Part shown: piece after piece, positions 40,387 through 50,904 of the stretch
How the letters are laid out: each line of letters starts with the position of its first letter
Numbering within the stretch: the first letter of the stretch is position 1
Origin: an uncultured delta proteobacterium
GTDB taxonomy: Bacteria > Myxococcota > Myxococcia > SLRQ01
DNA: 64,000 nt
Assembly: GCA_963727485.1 (NCBI GenBank)
Contig: CAVSGM010000002.1
Coordinates: forward strand, 1,152,001 to 1,216,000
Direction of reading: 5' to 3'
Program-made: the position numbers and the translations under genes
Notes under the pieces: model-generated
Told to the model about the DNA's origin: nothing
What the model saw: the letters and a program-made list of their open reading frames with translations, nothing else
Databases searched by the model: none

Positions 40387-42309
40387 CTACGGACAGGTGC
40401 CGTCGGCGTGCTTGGGCGTGGTCTGCTGCGCGAACCCCGGCGCGGCCTCGATGGTGTTGCCGCTGGTGAAGTCCGGGCCCGAGCTGTCGGAGCTCCAGCC
40501 GCGGACGACCCCATTGCCCCCGGAGGCGACGATCTCCGAGTTCACCAGGATCGACGCGTCGGGGCGCCACCCCTGGATGAGCAGGGCGCCGTCCTCGGGG
40601 TTGCCGTCGTAGCAGTCGTAGCCCTCGGAGCTGCTGTCGCCCCCGGCATAGGCGATGCGCACCCCGGTGAGCAGGTGCGAGCCGAGGGCGGCGTCGTGGA
40701 TGAGCTGCACCCCCACCCAGTCGCCGGGCGCCGGGGCGGCCTCGGCGGAGGTGAGCACCACCTGGCCGGCGCCGCCGTTGACCTGCAGGTGCCCGCCGCC
40801 GGTGTAGCCCACCCGCAGGCGGCTGCCGGCGGGGAACTGGAGCTCGGTCCCCGCCTCCAGGGTGAGGGTGGGCATCGGCCGGGTGGGGTCGATGCCGCGG
40901 TCCACCGAGAGCAGGCTGGTGAGCCGGTAGGGCACCCCGTGATCGGTGAGGGTGAGGCTCTGGTGGAGGCCCTGGTTGGAGTCGATCACGATGGCGTCGG
41001 CGGCGTTGCCGGTGTAGGTGCCGTCGGGGAGGGTGCCGGCGCTCTCGGCATCGATGCGCAGGGGGTACGGCGGCGCCCCGCTGTCGGCGCCGCAGCCGGT
41101 GATGGTGAGGTCGGTGCTGTCGGCGCTGAAGGTGGCGAACGCGCGCACCATCACCCCGTGCCCCGCCGAGTTCCGGACGGTGACGTGGCGGGTGGCGAGG
41201 AGCGGCTCGAGGGGCTCGGCGTCGTCTCCGTCGGCGATGAGGCTCGCCCCGGCGTAGGTGAGGACGTTCTCGCCCCCGCCGTCGAGGGTGGTCCAGTCGA
41301 GGGAGATGGTCCCCGGGCTCTGGGTGCGCACGAAGCCCCAGGGGTCGGCGTCCCCGCGCTCGAAGCGCACCGGCGCCGCCTGGGTGCCCAGGGTGACGAG
41401 GTGGCCGGCCTGGGTGCTGCTGCCGATCTTCAGGGTGACCTTGGCGGGCATCTGCAGGGTGACGCCCGGGCCCAGGGTGAGGGTGGGCGCCGGGCCGCCC
41501 ACGGTGGGCGCCCAGACGAGGAGCGTGCCGCCGGCGGTCCCGACGCGGTAGGGCACGCCGGGATCGTCGAGGCGCAGGTCGGCCTCGAGGGGATCGCTGG
41601 TGACGAGGGCGACGGCGTCCCGGGCGTTTCCGGTGTAGGTGCCCTGCGGCAGGGTGCCGGCGACCTGGACCGGCAGCAGGACCGGGTCGGGGTGGGCGGC
41701 GTCGGTGGCGCCGCTGCCGGTGATGGTCAGGGCGGCGCTGCCTTCGGCGAAGGCGGCGAGGTGGCGCACCATCATCCCGTAGCCGGCGCTGCCGGTGAGG
41801 GTGAGGTGGTCGGCCTTCAGCACCGGGGCCGCCGGCGGGGGCGTGGGGCCGGAGAGGATGAGGGTGGCCCCGGCGTCGCCGCTCTGGCGGCCGCCGCCGC
41901 CCTCGAGGGTCACGTAGGCGAGGCGGGCCCGGCCGGGATCGTCGACCAGGAGGTTCCCCCAGGGGTCGGCGCCGTCCCGGCGGAAGGTGATGGCGTGGTC
42001 GGCGTCGCCCTCGGCGACCAGGGTGGCGCCGGCGCCGTTCACCACCAGGCGCACCCCGGCGGCCAGCCGCACCTCGCTGCACCGCTCCACGGTGAGGGTG
42101 ACCCCGTCACCGAGGGTGAGGTTCCGGGTGATCACATGCGGCGAGGCGGCGGCCTTCCAGGTCTCGCTCGCCGAGAGGGTGCCCCCGTGCTCGGTGGGCC
42201 CGGTGGTGGTCTTGGGGCACGCCCCGGTGACCGGCGGGTTGGGGTTGCTGGTGCAGGCGGCCAGACCGGTCGCCAGGATCAGGGTACACAGGCTCCTCGT
42301 GTGTCGCAT
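40387..42309 (-). CDS. Secreted lipoprotein with internally repeated beta-helix-like units
   Basis: Lipobox LAAC; repeated DADPWG...YxTLxGGG...SAGxG...LTITG...GTYTGNA...GVPYR units. Confidence 0.7.
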   Translation of the reverse strand: MRHTRSLCTLILATGLAACTSNPNPPVTGACPKTTTGPTEHGGTLSASETWKAAASPHVITRNLTLGDGVTLTVERCSEVRLAAGVRLVVNGAGATLVAEGDADHAITFRRDGADPWGNLLVDDPGRARLAYVTLEGGGGRQSGDAGATLILSGPTPPPAAPVLKADHLTLTGSAGYGMMVRHLAAFAEGSAALTITGSGATDAAHPDPVLLPVQVAGTLPQGTYTGNARDAVALVTSDPLEADLRLDDPGVPYRVGTAGGTLLVWAPTVGGPAPTLTLGPGVTLQMPAKVTLKIGSSTQAGHLVTLGTQAAPVRFERGDADPWGFVRTQSPGTISLDWTTLDGGGENVLTYAGASLIADGDDAEPLEPLLATRHVTVRNSAGHGVMVRAFATFSADSTDLTITGCGADSGAPPYPLRIDAESAGTLPDGTYTGNAADAIVIDSNQGLHQSLTLTDHGVPYRLTSLLSVDRGIDPTRPMPTLTLEAGTELQFPAGSRLRVGYTGGGHLQVNGGAGQVVLTSAEAAPAPGDWVGVQLIHDAALGSHLLTGVRIAYAGGDSSSEGYDCYDGNPEDGALLIQGWRPDASILVNSEIVASGGNGVVRGWSSDSSGPDFTSGNTIEAAPGFAQQTTPKHADGTCP

Positions 42310-42381
42310 CGGTTCCTCCCCCGTTGTCCGCGAGGGCGCCGGCAGAGGGTGCGCCGGTGCCGCGGGTGGCCGTCGAGGCAG

Positions 42382-42397
42382 TGCAACCCCCGGGCCG
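42382..42397 (-). promoter_or_regulatory. Possible sigma54 promoter
   Basis: Minus strand CGGCCCGGGGGTTGCA has GG-N10-GC with TTGCA, about 70 nt upstream of the 42309 start. Confidence 0.4.
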
Positions 42398-42520
42398 TGC
42401 GCGCCCCACGGTGGATTCCTGGGAGCTTGCAGCCGGGGGCCTGGGGAGGCCCGCGCAAGGGTCGTTCCCCTCGCTTGGGGGGATCCCGCCCCCCACGCAA
42501 ACTCCGCTGCGGGTCCAGTC

Positions 42521-43825
42521 CTAGGGCCGCGCCGGCATCGCCGAGAGCACCTTCGCCGCCAGCTCGGGCGGCAGGTTCACCGTCACCGCGAGCGCCGTCG
42601 GCCCCAGGCGCCGGCTGACCACCTCGGGGTGCGCGGCGTGGGCCGCCGCCAGCAGCCCCGCCACCCGGGCGCCGCTCGCCGCGTCGTCGAAGCGGAGCGA
42701 CCACACCACCCCCGGCGCGCCGTCCCCGTCGCGCAGCACCCGGTACGTGTCGCCGCCCCACCCCGCCCCGGGATCCCCGGTGGGCCCGCCGGCGAGATGG
42801 CCGAGGAACACGTCGAGGCCGAGCTCACCGAGGGTCCCATGGGTCACCTCGCGCCACCCGGCGTCCGTAGCCGCCTTCACCGCCGGCACCGGCACCGCCT
42901 GGCCGCCCTCCCCGGCGAGATACTTGTCCGGGTGGAGGATCTGCTCGGTGGTCGCGGGCGGGTTCGCGAAGGCGTGGTCCACCTCGGCGTAGCCCCCGTG
43001 GTGGTAGAGGGCGTCGATGAAGATCATCCCGTCGACGTAGGCGGACAGGAGCGTGTCCCGCAGGTAGCGCGGCGCCGCCGCCAGGGCCCGGTTCTCCGGC
43101 GAGCGCATCCCCGCCTGCACCTGCCGCTTGATCACCGCGAGATTGGGCAGCTGCCACACGTGGACCGAGGCGGTCCGCGAGAGCATGTCGTCGTACATGG
43201 CGAAGGTGGCGTCGCCCTCGACCAGGGCCTGGTGGGCGTTGCCGCCGTCCTCGGAGAGCGACGGGTCCATGAGCTGCTTCAGGCCGAAGTGCTGGTCCTG
43301 GAGGGCGTGGACCATCTCGTGGAGGAGGAAGACCTGCTGGTCCGGGGAGCCGTCGCCGCCGATGACCAGCAGCGTCCGGTCGCGCCAGTCGTAGAGCCCG
43401 CGGGCCTGCTCGTCCATCACCGAGGTGACCACCTTCTCCAGGTCGACGCCGGGCGCGAGCAACCCGAAGGCCTGGAGCATCGCCGCCTCCTCGGCGAGCT
43501 TGCCGGTGGCGATCTCGTCCCGGAGATCCCGGTGGACGATCCAGGTGACCATCGCCGGCCCGGCCTCGGCGGCGTGCACCGGGTGGAGGAAGGCCAGGTG
43601 GCGCACCGCCGCGGCGCGCTTCGTCACCTCGGCGACCATGGCCGCGTCCTTGCCGGTCAGGGGCCGGCTCGGAGGCCGCGGGGGCAGCGGGGGCAGGGCG
43701 GCGCGCTTGGGCGCCGCGGCGGCCCGGGGCCCCTCGGGGGAGGCGGTGGCGCAGCCGCCGGCGAGGAGGAGCGCCGCGGCGAGGGCGGCGAGGGGCGAGG
43801 AGGCCAGGCGGGCGCGTGCGGGCAT
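42521..43825 (-). CDS. Lipoprotein, putative zinc metallopeptidase
   Basis: Lipobox AGGC; LLHEMVHALQDQHF (HExxH) and ALVEGDA. Confidence 0.75.
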   Translation of the reverse strand: MPARARLASSPLAALAAALLLAGGCATASPEGPRAAAAPKRAALPPLPPRPPSRPLTGKDAAMVAEVTKRAAAVRHLAFLHPVHAAEAGPAMVTWIVHRDLRDEIATGKLAEEAAMLQAFGLLAPGVDLEKVVTSVMDEQARGLYDWRDRTLLVIGGDGSPDQQVFLLHEMVHALQDQHFGLKQLMDPSLSEDGGNAHQALVEGDATFAMYDDMLSRTASVHVWQLPNLAVIKRQVQAGMRSPENRALAAAPRYLRDTLLSAYVDGMIFIDALYHHGGYAEVDHAFANPPATTEQILHPDKYLAGEGGQAVPVPAVKAATDAGWREVTHGTLGELGLDVFLGHLAGGPTGDPGAGWGGDTYRVLRDGDGAPGVVWSLRFDDAASGARVAGLLAAAHAAHPEVVSRRLGPTALAVTVNLPPELAAKVLSAMPARP

Positions 43826-43998
43826 CACCCGGCGACGCTACCCGTGCCCGCGGCCACGAGGCAATGGCGCGACCGGGGGACGCGCCGCCTCCGGTCGCCG
43901 GACAAGCGACGGGCCGCGACCACCCGGCCACGACCCGCCGTGCGAAGCCCGACCGTGTCCGATCAGGCGCGGGCCCCGACCATCGGGGCCCCGATCTC

Positions 43999-44394
43999 TC
44001 AGGTTCTCGCCCGCGCGTGGGAGAAGGGGCTGTCCGCCCAGCGGGTGATGGCGACCACGGCGAGCAGCGCCATGAGGCCGATGGGCACCAGGGCCATCAC
44101 CGGGTTCCCGCGGAACACATGGGTGTAGATGGCGCCGAGGAGCAGCCCCCCGAGGCCCAGGGCCACGAGGGAGGCGGCGCGGCGCCACATGAGGAACGCG
44201 CCCCCGACCAGCTCGGCCATCCCGACGGCGAGCTGGAAGGCGTGGGAGTAGTCCCAGCCCTGGAAGGTGACGGTCCACTCCTCGATGCCGGCGAGCTTGA
44301 AGAGCCCGGCGAAGATGAACACCGCGCCCAGGAAGCCGGTGAGGATCTCCAGGGCGCGCTCGGGGCGGGACTTCTCGATCTTGGCGACGGTCAT
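43999..44394 (-). CDS. DoxX family membrane protein
   Basis: [24 protein letters not shown]; 4 TM. Confidence 0.8.
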   Translation of the reverse strand: MTVAKIEKSRPERALEILTGFLGAVFIFAGLFKLAGIEEWTVTFQGWDYSHAFQLAVGMAELVGGAFLMWRRAASLVALGLGGLLLGAIYTHVFRGNPVMALVPIGLMALLAVVAITRWADSPFSHARART

Positions 44395-44458
44395 GGGGGA
44401 CTCCTCGTTGGGCTTGAAAGCTAGGCACGCCGCCTTGGGGGTGCTAGAGGCAGGACCC

Positions 44459-45037
44459 ATGTTTGGATCCAAGAAGACGCCTCCGCAGCTCCCCGAGGTG
44501 AAGGGCCCCATGCACGCGGTCCTCCACACCACCGAGGGAGACATCAAGATCGAGCTCTTCGCCGACCAGGCCCCGATGACCGTGGGCAACTTCGTCGGCC
44601 TCGCCGAGGGCACCATCCCCTGGGACGACCCCATCACCGGCGAGAAGAAGGAGGGCGTGCCCTTCTACGACGGCATCAAGTTCCACCGGGTGATCCCCGA
44701 CTTCATGGTGCAGGTGGGCGATCCCAAGACCCGCGCCGACCGCCCCGACTGGGGCACCGGCGGCCCGGGCTACCGCTTCGACGACGAGTTCGCGCCGGGG
44801 CTGGCCCACGACGGACCCGGGGTGCTCTCCATGGCCAACGCGGGACCCGGGACCAACGGCTCCCAGTTCTTCATCACCGAGGTGGCCACCCCCTGGCTCG
44901 ACGGCAAGCACGCCATCTTCGGGAAGGTGGCCGAGGGGATGGACGTGGTGCGCAAGATCGCCCACGCCCCCCGGGACGGCCGGGACCGGCCGAACCAGGC
45001 CATCGAGGTCACCAAGGTCGAGATCGTCCGCGGCTGA
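44459..45037 (+). CDS. Cyclophilin-type peptidyl-prolyl cis-trans isomerase
   Basis: [41 protein letters not shown]. Confidence 0.95.
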   Translation: MFGSKKTPPQLPEVKGPMHAVLHTTEGDIKIELFADQAPMTVGNFVGLAEGTIPWDDPITGEKKEGVPFYDGIKFHRVIPDFMVQVGDPKTRADRPDWGTGGPGYRFDDEFAPGLAHDGPGVLSMANAGPGTNGSQFFITEVATPWLDGKHAIFGKVAEGMDVVRKIAHAPRDGRDRPNQAIEVTKVEIVRG

Positions 45038-45062
45038 TGGCGCGTGAGGCCGGCGGCGCCCG

Positions 45063-46490
45063 CTAGAGCGCCGTCGGCAGCCCCCACTGGGCCGGGTCGA
45101 GGATCCCGTCGGGATCGAGGAGCCGGTGGAGGCGCATGGCGAGGCGCTGGCTGCCCGGGTGCATCCTGGCCACCACCGTGCGCCCGAGCTCCCGGCTGAA
45201 CCGGTGCGGGAGGAAGCCCAGGGCCAGCACCGCCTCCAGGGCCCTCGCCTGGGCGGCGCGCAGGGGCTCGCGATCGGCGCCCGGGTCGCGGCGGATGGCG
45301 CTGACCGCGTGGAGGATGCCGTAGTGGCCGCCGTGGACCGGGCGCACCAGCACCGTGGGCATGATCCCCGCGGCGACGTAGGCGGCCTCCACCTCGTCGA
45401 CGGCGTCCACCAGCTTGGCGGTGGGCCCGTAGCACCCGAGGATGGACCAGCGCTCGCCCTCGCCCGGGTCCGCCAGGCGCAGGGGGAGATCGTCGAGGGA
45501 CTTGAGGCCCGCGGCGCCGTGGCCCAGGGCGGCGAGGGTCACCGGCTCGTCGAAGCGGCCGCCCCGGCGGGTGGCCCGGGACAGGGCCTGGCCGAGGCGC
45601 AGGCGCTTGTACTCGAGCTCGGGGCGGGTCTCGGCGGTGAGGTCGATGTGGAGGTAGGCCTCCGGCTCGCTCGGGTCCGGGCGCAGGGCCCCGCGGACCC
45701 CGAGGAGCAGCCGCGGCAGCGCCCAGGGGAGCACGCTGGCCTCCTCGAAGAGCCCCTCGCGGGTGGCGCGGATGGCCCCGGCGATGGCCACCCGGCGCGT
45801 CGACGCGGGGATCACCAGGCGCCTTTGGTAGCGCTTGCGCGGCTTGAGCGACAGCGCGATGCGGGTCACCAGGCCGGTGGCCCCGTGCCACCCGAGGAAG
45901 AGCCCGGTGAGGTCCGGCAGCGGTCCCCGGCCCCACCACCCGGTGGTCACCGAGCCCACGCCGGTGCGCACCACGTCGCCGGCGGCGCCCACCGCCTCGA
46001 CGCCGCGGAGGATCCCGGCGAGGGTCCCCTGGCCGAGGCTGGTGCCGGTGCCGATGCCGTCCATGACGATGCTCGACCACACGGTGAGCCGGCCCGGCGT
46101 GGCCAGGGTGGGCAGGGCGAGGTCGCCGCCATCCTCGAGGAGGCGGGCGTCGAGGCGCCGCCAGGTGACCCCGGGCTCGATGACCGCGTAGCGCTCCGAG
46201 TGGTCGACCTCGACCACCCGGTTCATGGGCGTGAGGTCGAGGACGACGCCCCCGCCGGCCGGGGCGGCGAGGCCGGCGGTGTCGAGGTCGCCGGAGCGGG
46301 CCAGCAGCGGCAGGTGCCGGGTGCGGGCGATGGCGAGCACCCCCTGCACCTCCTCGGTGGAGGTGACGCTGGCGACCACCACGTCCTCGAGGGCCTCGTC
46401 GGCCCGGACCCGGTCGGACCCCAAGAGGTCGACCAGGGCGGCGCGGAGCTCGGGGGTGTCGGGGCTACGGCTGCGCGTCTTCGAGGTCAT
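45063..46490 (-). CDS. FAD-binding oxidoreductase (PCMH/VAO-GlcD family)
   Basis: VVLDLTPMNRVVEVD, IEPGVT, GPLPDLTGLF...GLVT, LDPDGILDP. Confidence 0.75.
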   Translation of the reverse strand: MTSKTRSRSPDTPELRAALVDLLGSDRVRADEALEDVVVASVTSTEEVQGVLAIARTRHLPLLARSGDLDTAGLAAPAGGGVVLDLTPMNRVVEVDHSERYAVIEPGVTWRRLDARLLEDGGDLALPTLATPGRLTVWSSIVMDGIGTGTSLGQGTLAGILRGVEAVGAAGDVVRTGVGSVTTGWWGRGPLPDLTGLFLGWHGATGLVTRIALSLKPRKRYQRRLVIPASTRRVAIAGAIRATREGLFEEASVLPWALPRLLLGVRGALRPDPSEPEAYLHIDLTAETRPELEYKRLRLGQALSRATRRGGRFDEPVTLAALGHGAAGLKSLDDLPLRLADPGEGERWSILGCYGPTAKLVDAVDEVEAAYVAAGIMPTVLVRPVHGGHYGILHAVSAIRRDPGADREPLRAAQARALEAVLALGFLPHRFSRELGRTVVARMHPGSQRLAMRLHRLLDPDGILDPAQWGLPTAL

Positions 46491-46857
46491 CGTCACCGGC
46501 TTCGGCCTGGAGGAGGGGCAGGGCCCGGGCGAGGAGCAGCGGGTTCCCGGAGACGCGCAGGCGCCCCCGGAGGAGCTGCGTCGCCTTCATCTTGCCCTGG
46601 CAGACGGCGAGGAACGCCGCCAGGGTCCCGCTCCCCCGCACCGTGGCCTCCCGGAGGGGACCCTGGTCGAGGTGGACCCGGCCGCGCTCGAAGCGCATCC
46701 GACTTTCCATCCCCCCGGCCGCCAGCCCCACCGTGCCCTTGAGCTTGTCCGCGCGCTTCTGCCCCGCCGGGGTCCCGAGGCTCTCCTCGAGCCGGTCCCG
46801 GATGAGGAGCGAGAGCAGGTGGAGGTGCTCGGCCGGCTCGGTGGTGAGGCGAACCAT
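46465..46857 (-). CDS. SCP2 sterol-binding-like domain protein
   Basis: GKMKATQLLRGRLRVSGNPLLL; overlaps the oxidoreductase start. Confidence 0.6.
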   Translation of the reverse strand: MVRLTTEPAEHLHLLSLLIRDRLEESLGTPAGQKRADKLKGTVGLAAGGMESRMRFERGRVHLDQGPLREATVRGSGTLAAFLAVCQGKMKATQLLRGRLRVSGNPLLLARALPLLQAEAGDDDLEDAQP

Positions 46858-46961
46858 CGGCACACGGTTATAGCCTTGGCGTCACGTCCGGGCCACGCCT
46901 TTCCGGTTGCCCGCCTCGGGGGAGGTCGTAGGATGTACGACCCCTGCCCGGGAGCCTCCCC

Positions 46962-47426
46962 ATGCACCGCTTCGACAAGCACGACCTCTCCGGCGCCCCG
47001 ACGAGCCACTTCACCCACGCCGCCCGCGCCCGGTTCCAGGACATCGACGCCGCGGGCATCGTGTTCTACGCGCGGATCCTGGTGTGGTGCCACGACGCCT
47101 GGTTCGCCTTCCTCGAGCACCAGGGCATCGACATGCCCGCGGTGCTGGCGTCGGCGCCGGTGATCTCGCCCATGGCCCACGCCGAGGCCGACTACTTCCG
47201 CCCGGTGCGCTTCGGGGACCGGGTGGCGGTGGAGCTGGTGGCCGCCCACCTCGACGGCGCCGAGCTGGCGCTGGGATTCCGGCTGCGCCGGGCCACGGAC
47301 GCGGGCGACGGGGAGATCATCGCCGTGGCCCAGCAGGCGCACCTCTTCGTGGACCGGGCGCGCTTCGCCCGCACCGACGCCCCGGCCGAGTTCGTGGCGC
47401 ACCTCGGGCCGCTCCTCGGCGGCTGA
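46962..47426 (+). CDS. Hotdog acyl-CoA thioesterase (4HBT-like)
   Basis: RFQDIDAAGIVFY, AEADYFRPVRFGD. Confidence 0.85.
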   Translation: MHRFDKHDLSGAPTSHFTHAARARFQDIDAAGIVFYARILVWCHDAWFAFLEHQGIDMPAVLASAPVISPMAHAEADYFRPVRFGDRVAVELVAAHLDGAELALGFRLRRATDAGDGEIIAVAQQAHLFVDRARFARTDAPAEFVAHLGPLLGG

Positions 47427-47598
47427 CAACGCCGCAGCTCGCGGTCCTCGCCGGCTCACGGCGCGGCCTCCCCGGCCGTGACCGGCGCCGGTGGTGTGCC
47501 CGGTTGTAGGTCCGGGTCCCACAGTGCCCGGTCCCATCGCCTGCCGTAGCGTAGCCGGCAGTGACCGCCGCCGCGGCCCCCGACCCGGAGCGCCCCCG

Positions 47599-48171
47599 AT
47601 GCCCCATCGCCCGTCCATCTTCCCCTGCACCGCCGATCGCTGGGACGACCTGGAGACCCTCTTCGGCCCCCGGGGCGCCTGCGCCGGCTGCTGGTGCATG
47701 TGGTGGCGCGTCGACCGGAAGACCTGGAACGCCGGCAAGGGCGAGGGCAACCGCGCCGCCTTCCGCGCGGTGGTCGAGGGCGGCGCGGTCCCGGGCCTGA
47801 TCGCCTACGACGGAGAGGCGCCGGTGGGCTGGGTGGCGCTCGCGCCCCGGGACGACTACCCGCGCCTCGACCGCTCCCGGAACCTCGCCCGGGTCGACGA
47901 CGCCGAGGTGTGGTCGGTGAGCTGCTTCTTCGTGAAGCGCAGCCACCGGGGCCAGGGCCTCACCGGGCGGCTCCTCGAGGCGGCCCTCGACCACGTGCGC
48001 GAGAACGGCGGGCGCCTGGTGGAGGCCTACCCGGTGGATCCCGCGGGGCGCGCCGGCGACGCCTTCGTCTACACCGGCCTCCTCTCGACCTTCACCCGCG
48101 CCGGGTTCCGGGAGGTGGCGCGGCGGTCGCCGACCCGCCCGGTGATGCGCAAGGAGGTCCGACCCCGGTGA
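47599..48171 (+). CDS. GNAT N-acetyltransferase
   Basis: CWCMWWR, VSCFFV...RGQGL, VEAYP. Confidence 0.85.
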   Translation: MPHRPSIFPCTADRWDDLETLFGPRGACAGCWCMWWRVDRKTWNAGKGEGNRAAFRAVVEGGAVPGLIAYDGEAPVGWVALAPRDDYPRLDRSRNLARVDDAEVWSVSCFFVKRSHRGQGLTGRLLEAALDHVRENGGRLVEAYPVDPAGRAGDAFVYTGLLSTFTRAGFREVARRSPTRPVMRKEVRPR

Positions 48172-48190
48172 GCCGGGGACGGAGGCACGG

Positions 48191-48556
48191 ATGCACCGGA
48201 CGCTCCACCTGGGGGTGCCGCTGCTCGCCGCCTCCGCGGCGATCACGACCGCCGCCGTCCTCCTCGCCCCCGGCCTCGCCCACCGCTACCGGGACGCCCG
48301 GATCCGCGCCCACGGCGTCCCGGTCCCGGCGGTGATCACCGCGGTGGCCGACGACGGCACCCGCGTCGACGGGAACCCCGAGCTGCGGATCACCGTCCGC
48401 GTCCTCCGCCCGGACGGCCGGCGGACCCTCGCAAGGCTCCGGGCCGTGGTCCCCACCGCCGTCGCCACCGACCTCGCCGCCGGGGAGGTGCTCCGGGTGC
48501 GCTTCGATGCCGACTACCCCGAGCGCGTGGTTCTCGACCGGCCGCCGGCCCGGTAG
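48191..48556 (+). CDS. DUF3592-like membrane-anchored protein
   Basis: TM followed by DGTRVDGNPEL...VRFDADYP. Confidence 0.6.
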   Translation: MHRTLHLGVPLLAASAAITTAAVLLAPGLAHRYRDARIRAHGVPVPAVITAVADDGTRVDGNPELRITVRVLRPDGRRTLARLRAVVPTAVATDLAAGEVLRVRFDADYPERVVLDRPPAR

Positions 48557-48565
48557 GATGCGACG

Positions 48566-48847
48566 ATGGCCAAGAAGTCGAAGACGGGGACCTTCGTGAT
48601 CTTCGCGCTCCCCCTGGTGGTCGCGGCGACCGCGGTGGTCAAGGCCATCCACGACACCGGGACCCGGGTGAACGACAACCCCGAGGTCGAGCTCACCCTC
48701 GAGGTGCAGCGCCAGGGCGCCCAGCCCTACACCGCCACGGTCACGACGGTGGTCTCGGTGGTGAACCTCCCGAGCCTCCAGCCGGGGAAGACGGTCAAGG
48801 TGCGGTACGACCCGAAGCACCCGTCCAAGGTCGCCCTCGACGACTAG
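48566..48847 (+). CDS. DUF3592-like paralog (shorter)
   Basis: DTGTRVNDNPEV...VRYDPKHP. Confidence 0.6.
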   Translation: MAKKSKTGTFVIFALPLVVAATAVVKAIHDTGTRVNDNPEVELTLEVQRQGAQPYTATVTTVVSVVNLPSLQPGKTVKVRYDPKHPSKVALDD

Positions 48848-50210
48848 GGCGCCCCGCCGGGCCCGGGCGGCGTCCCGGGCTCGGGCTCGCCGGCGAGGGC
48901 CGCCACCGCCCTCCGGTCGACCTTCCCCGAGGGGCCGGTGGGCAGCGCGTCGACGAGGCGTACCCGGCGGGGCCGGGCGTGGGGGGCGAGGCGCTCGGCG
49001 GCCCAGGCGAGCAGGGCCTCGGGATTGGGATCCCCGCCGCCGCGGGGCACCACCAGCGCCGCCACCGTCTGGCCCCAGGTGTCGTCGGGGACCCCGAAGA
49101 CGCAGACCGCGGCGACCTGCGGGTGGCCGGCGAGGACCGACTCCACCGCCAGGGGATCGACGTTCTCCCCGCCGGTGACGATGCGGTCCACCCGGCGGCC
49201 GAGGACGTGGAGGTTCCCGGCGGCGTCGAGGCGGCCGTGGTCGCCGGTCTCGAGCCAGCCGTCCTCGGTGAACGGCTCGGGGAAGGCGCCCTCGGGGTAG
49301 TAGCCGCGCATCACCGCCGGGGTCCGCACCTCGATCCGGTCGCCGCCGGCGAGGCGCACCCGGACGCCCGGGAGCGGCGGGCCGGCGCCCACCTCGGCGG
49401 ACGGCGGCGTCCCCACGGGCGCGGTGGTCACCTGGGAGCAGCACTCGGTGAGGCCATAGGTGGTCAGGGCCGGGACCCCGGCCGCCCGGGCGCGGTCGAG
49501 GAGCGCCGGCGGGCACCCGGCGCCCCCGAGGAGCACCGCCCGGAGATGCGCAGGCGGTCGCCACCCGCCGTCGAGGAGGCGGGCGAGCATGGTGGGCACC
49601 AGGCTCGCCAGGGTCGCCCGATGCGCCGCGACGGCCTCGGCGAAGGCGCCGGCGTCGAAGCCCGGCTGGAGGATCACCGGGCGACCGGCGAGGAGGCACC
49701 GGGTGACCACCGAGATCCCGCCCACGTGGGCGAGCGGCATGGCGAGGATCCACCGGTCGTCGTCCGCCCACCCGAGGTTCGCCTGGCTCAGGGCGGCGCT
49801 GGCGAGGAAGGCCTCGCGCCCGAGCATCACCCCCTTGGGCTCGCCGGTGGTGCCCGAGGTAGGGACGATGCAGGCGAGGCCCTCGGGGCACCGCGAGGTC
49901 GCCCCAGCGCTCGAGGAGCGCCGCCGCGGTCGGCCGCGGGCCACCTCGGGTGCAGGGGCACGAAGGGGCTGCGGAAGTGGAGCGCCCGGTGGATCGCGAG
50001 GAAGACCTCGGGGGTGCCCTCGGCGAGGAGCGGGTGGGCGTGGGTGGCGTCGCCCGGGGGCGGGCCCGCGGCGGCGATGCGGGCCGCGAGCTCGGCGAAG
50101 GTCCACCTCGCGCCGTCGGCGAGAAGCGCCAGGGCCGACGGGTCGCGGTCGGCGGCGGCGGCCACGTCGAGGGCCGCGTCCGGGGGCACCTTGATCTCCG
50201 CGGGGTCCAC
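48844..50210 (-). CDS. menE: AMP-binding enzyme, o-succinylbenzoate-CoA ligase-like (frameshifts near 49890-49930)
   Basis: PTSGTTGEPKGV, PLAHVGG, TYGLTECCSQ, TGDHG, VTGGENV. Confidence 0.7.
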
Positions 50211-50286
50211 GGCGCGGGAGCATAACCCGCCCCCGGCCCCGGGCACCCGCTTGCCGACCCGGCCGCCGCGCCGCTAGGCTTCCGCC

Positions 50287-50904
50287 ATGCGCCGCCTCGT
50301 CGCCTATGCCTGCACCGCCTGCCTCGCCCTGGGCCCCCTCGCCCTCACCGGGTGCGGGAGCATGTCGGCGGTCTACGGGGCGTCGACGGACGGGGGCGAC
50401 GGCGGACCGGGCACCCTCGGGGACGGCGGGCCCGGCGACACCGACGGCGGCCCCGTCTTCTTCGACGGAGGCACGAACCCCGACGGCGGCGCGGGCGACG
50501 GCGGCATCCTCGGCGCCACCGACCTCACCTTCTCCATCGCCGAGCCGTCGTGCGCCCCCGACGGCAGCGCCGCCTTCGAGCTCACCCTCACCCCCAAGCA
50601 CCTCGCCTGCCGCGACAAGGCCCAGGCCTCGGGGATGGACCGCGTGGTCCTCGATATCTGGAGCTTCCCCTTCGGCCCCGAGACCGTCCGCTTCGGCCCG
50701 GACCTCCCGGCCAACGGCCAGGGGATCTGGTGCCACGGCCCGAGCCTCGTCTGCGAGACCGCGGTGAGCGGCAAGATCGTCCTCACCGACTGGCCCGGGC
50801 GCCCGGGGCCGGTGGGCAGCTTCCTGTTGACCTTCCAGGACGGGACAAGGCTCGCCGGCGGCTTCGGCGCCGACTGGTGCATGCACCCGGTGCCCTGCCG
50901 CTAG
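50287..50904 (+). CDS. Cys-containing lipoprotein with DGG repeats
   Basis: Lipobox LTGC; DGG-rich linker. Confidence 0.6.
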   Translation: MRRLVAYACTACLALGPLALTGCGSMSAVYGASTDGGDGGPGTLGDGGPGDTDGGPVFFDGGTNPDGGAGDGGILGATDLTFSIAEPSCAPDGSAAFELTLTPKHLACRDKAQASGMDRVVLDIWSFPFGPETVRFGPDLPANGQGIWCHGPSLVCETAVSGKIVLTDWPGRPGPVGSFLLTFQDGTRLAGGFGADWCMHPVPCR

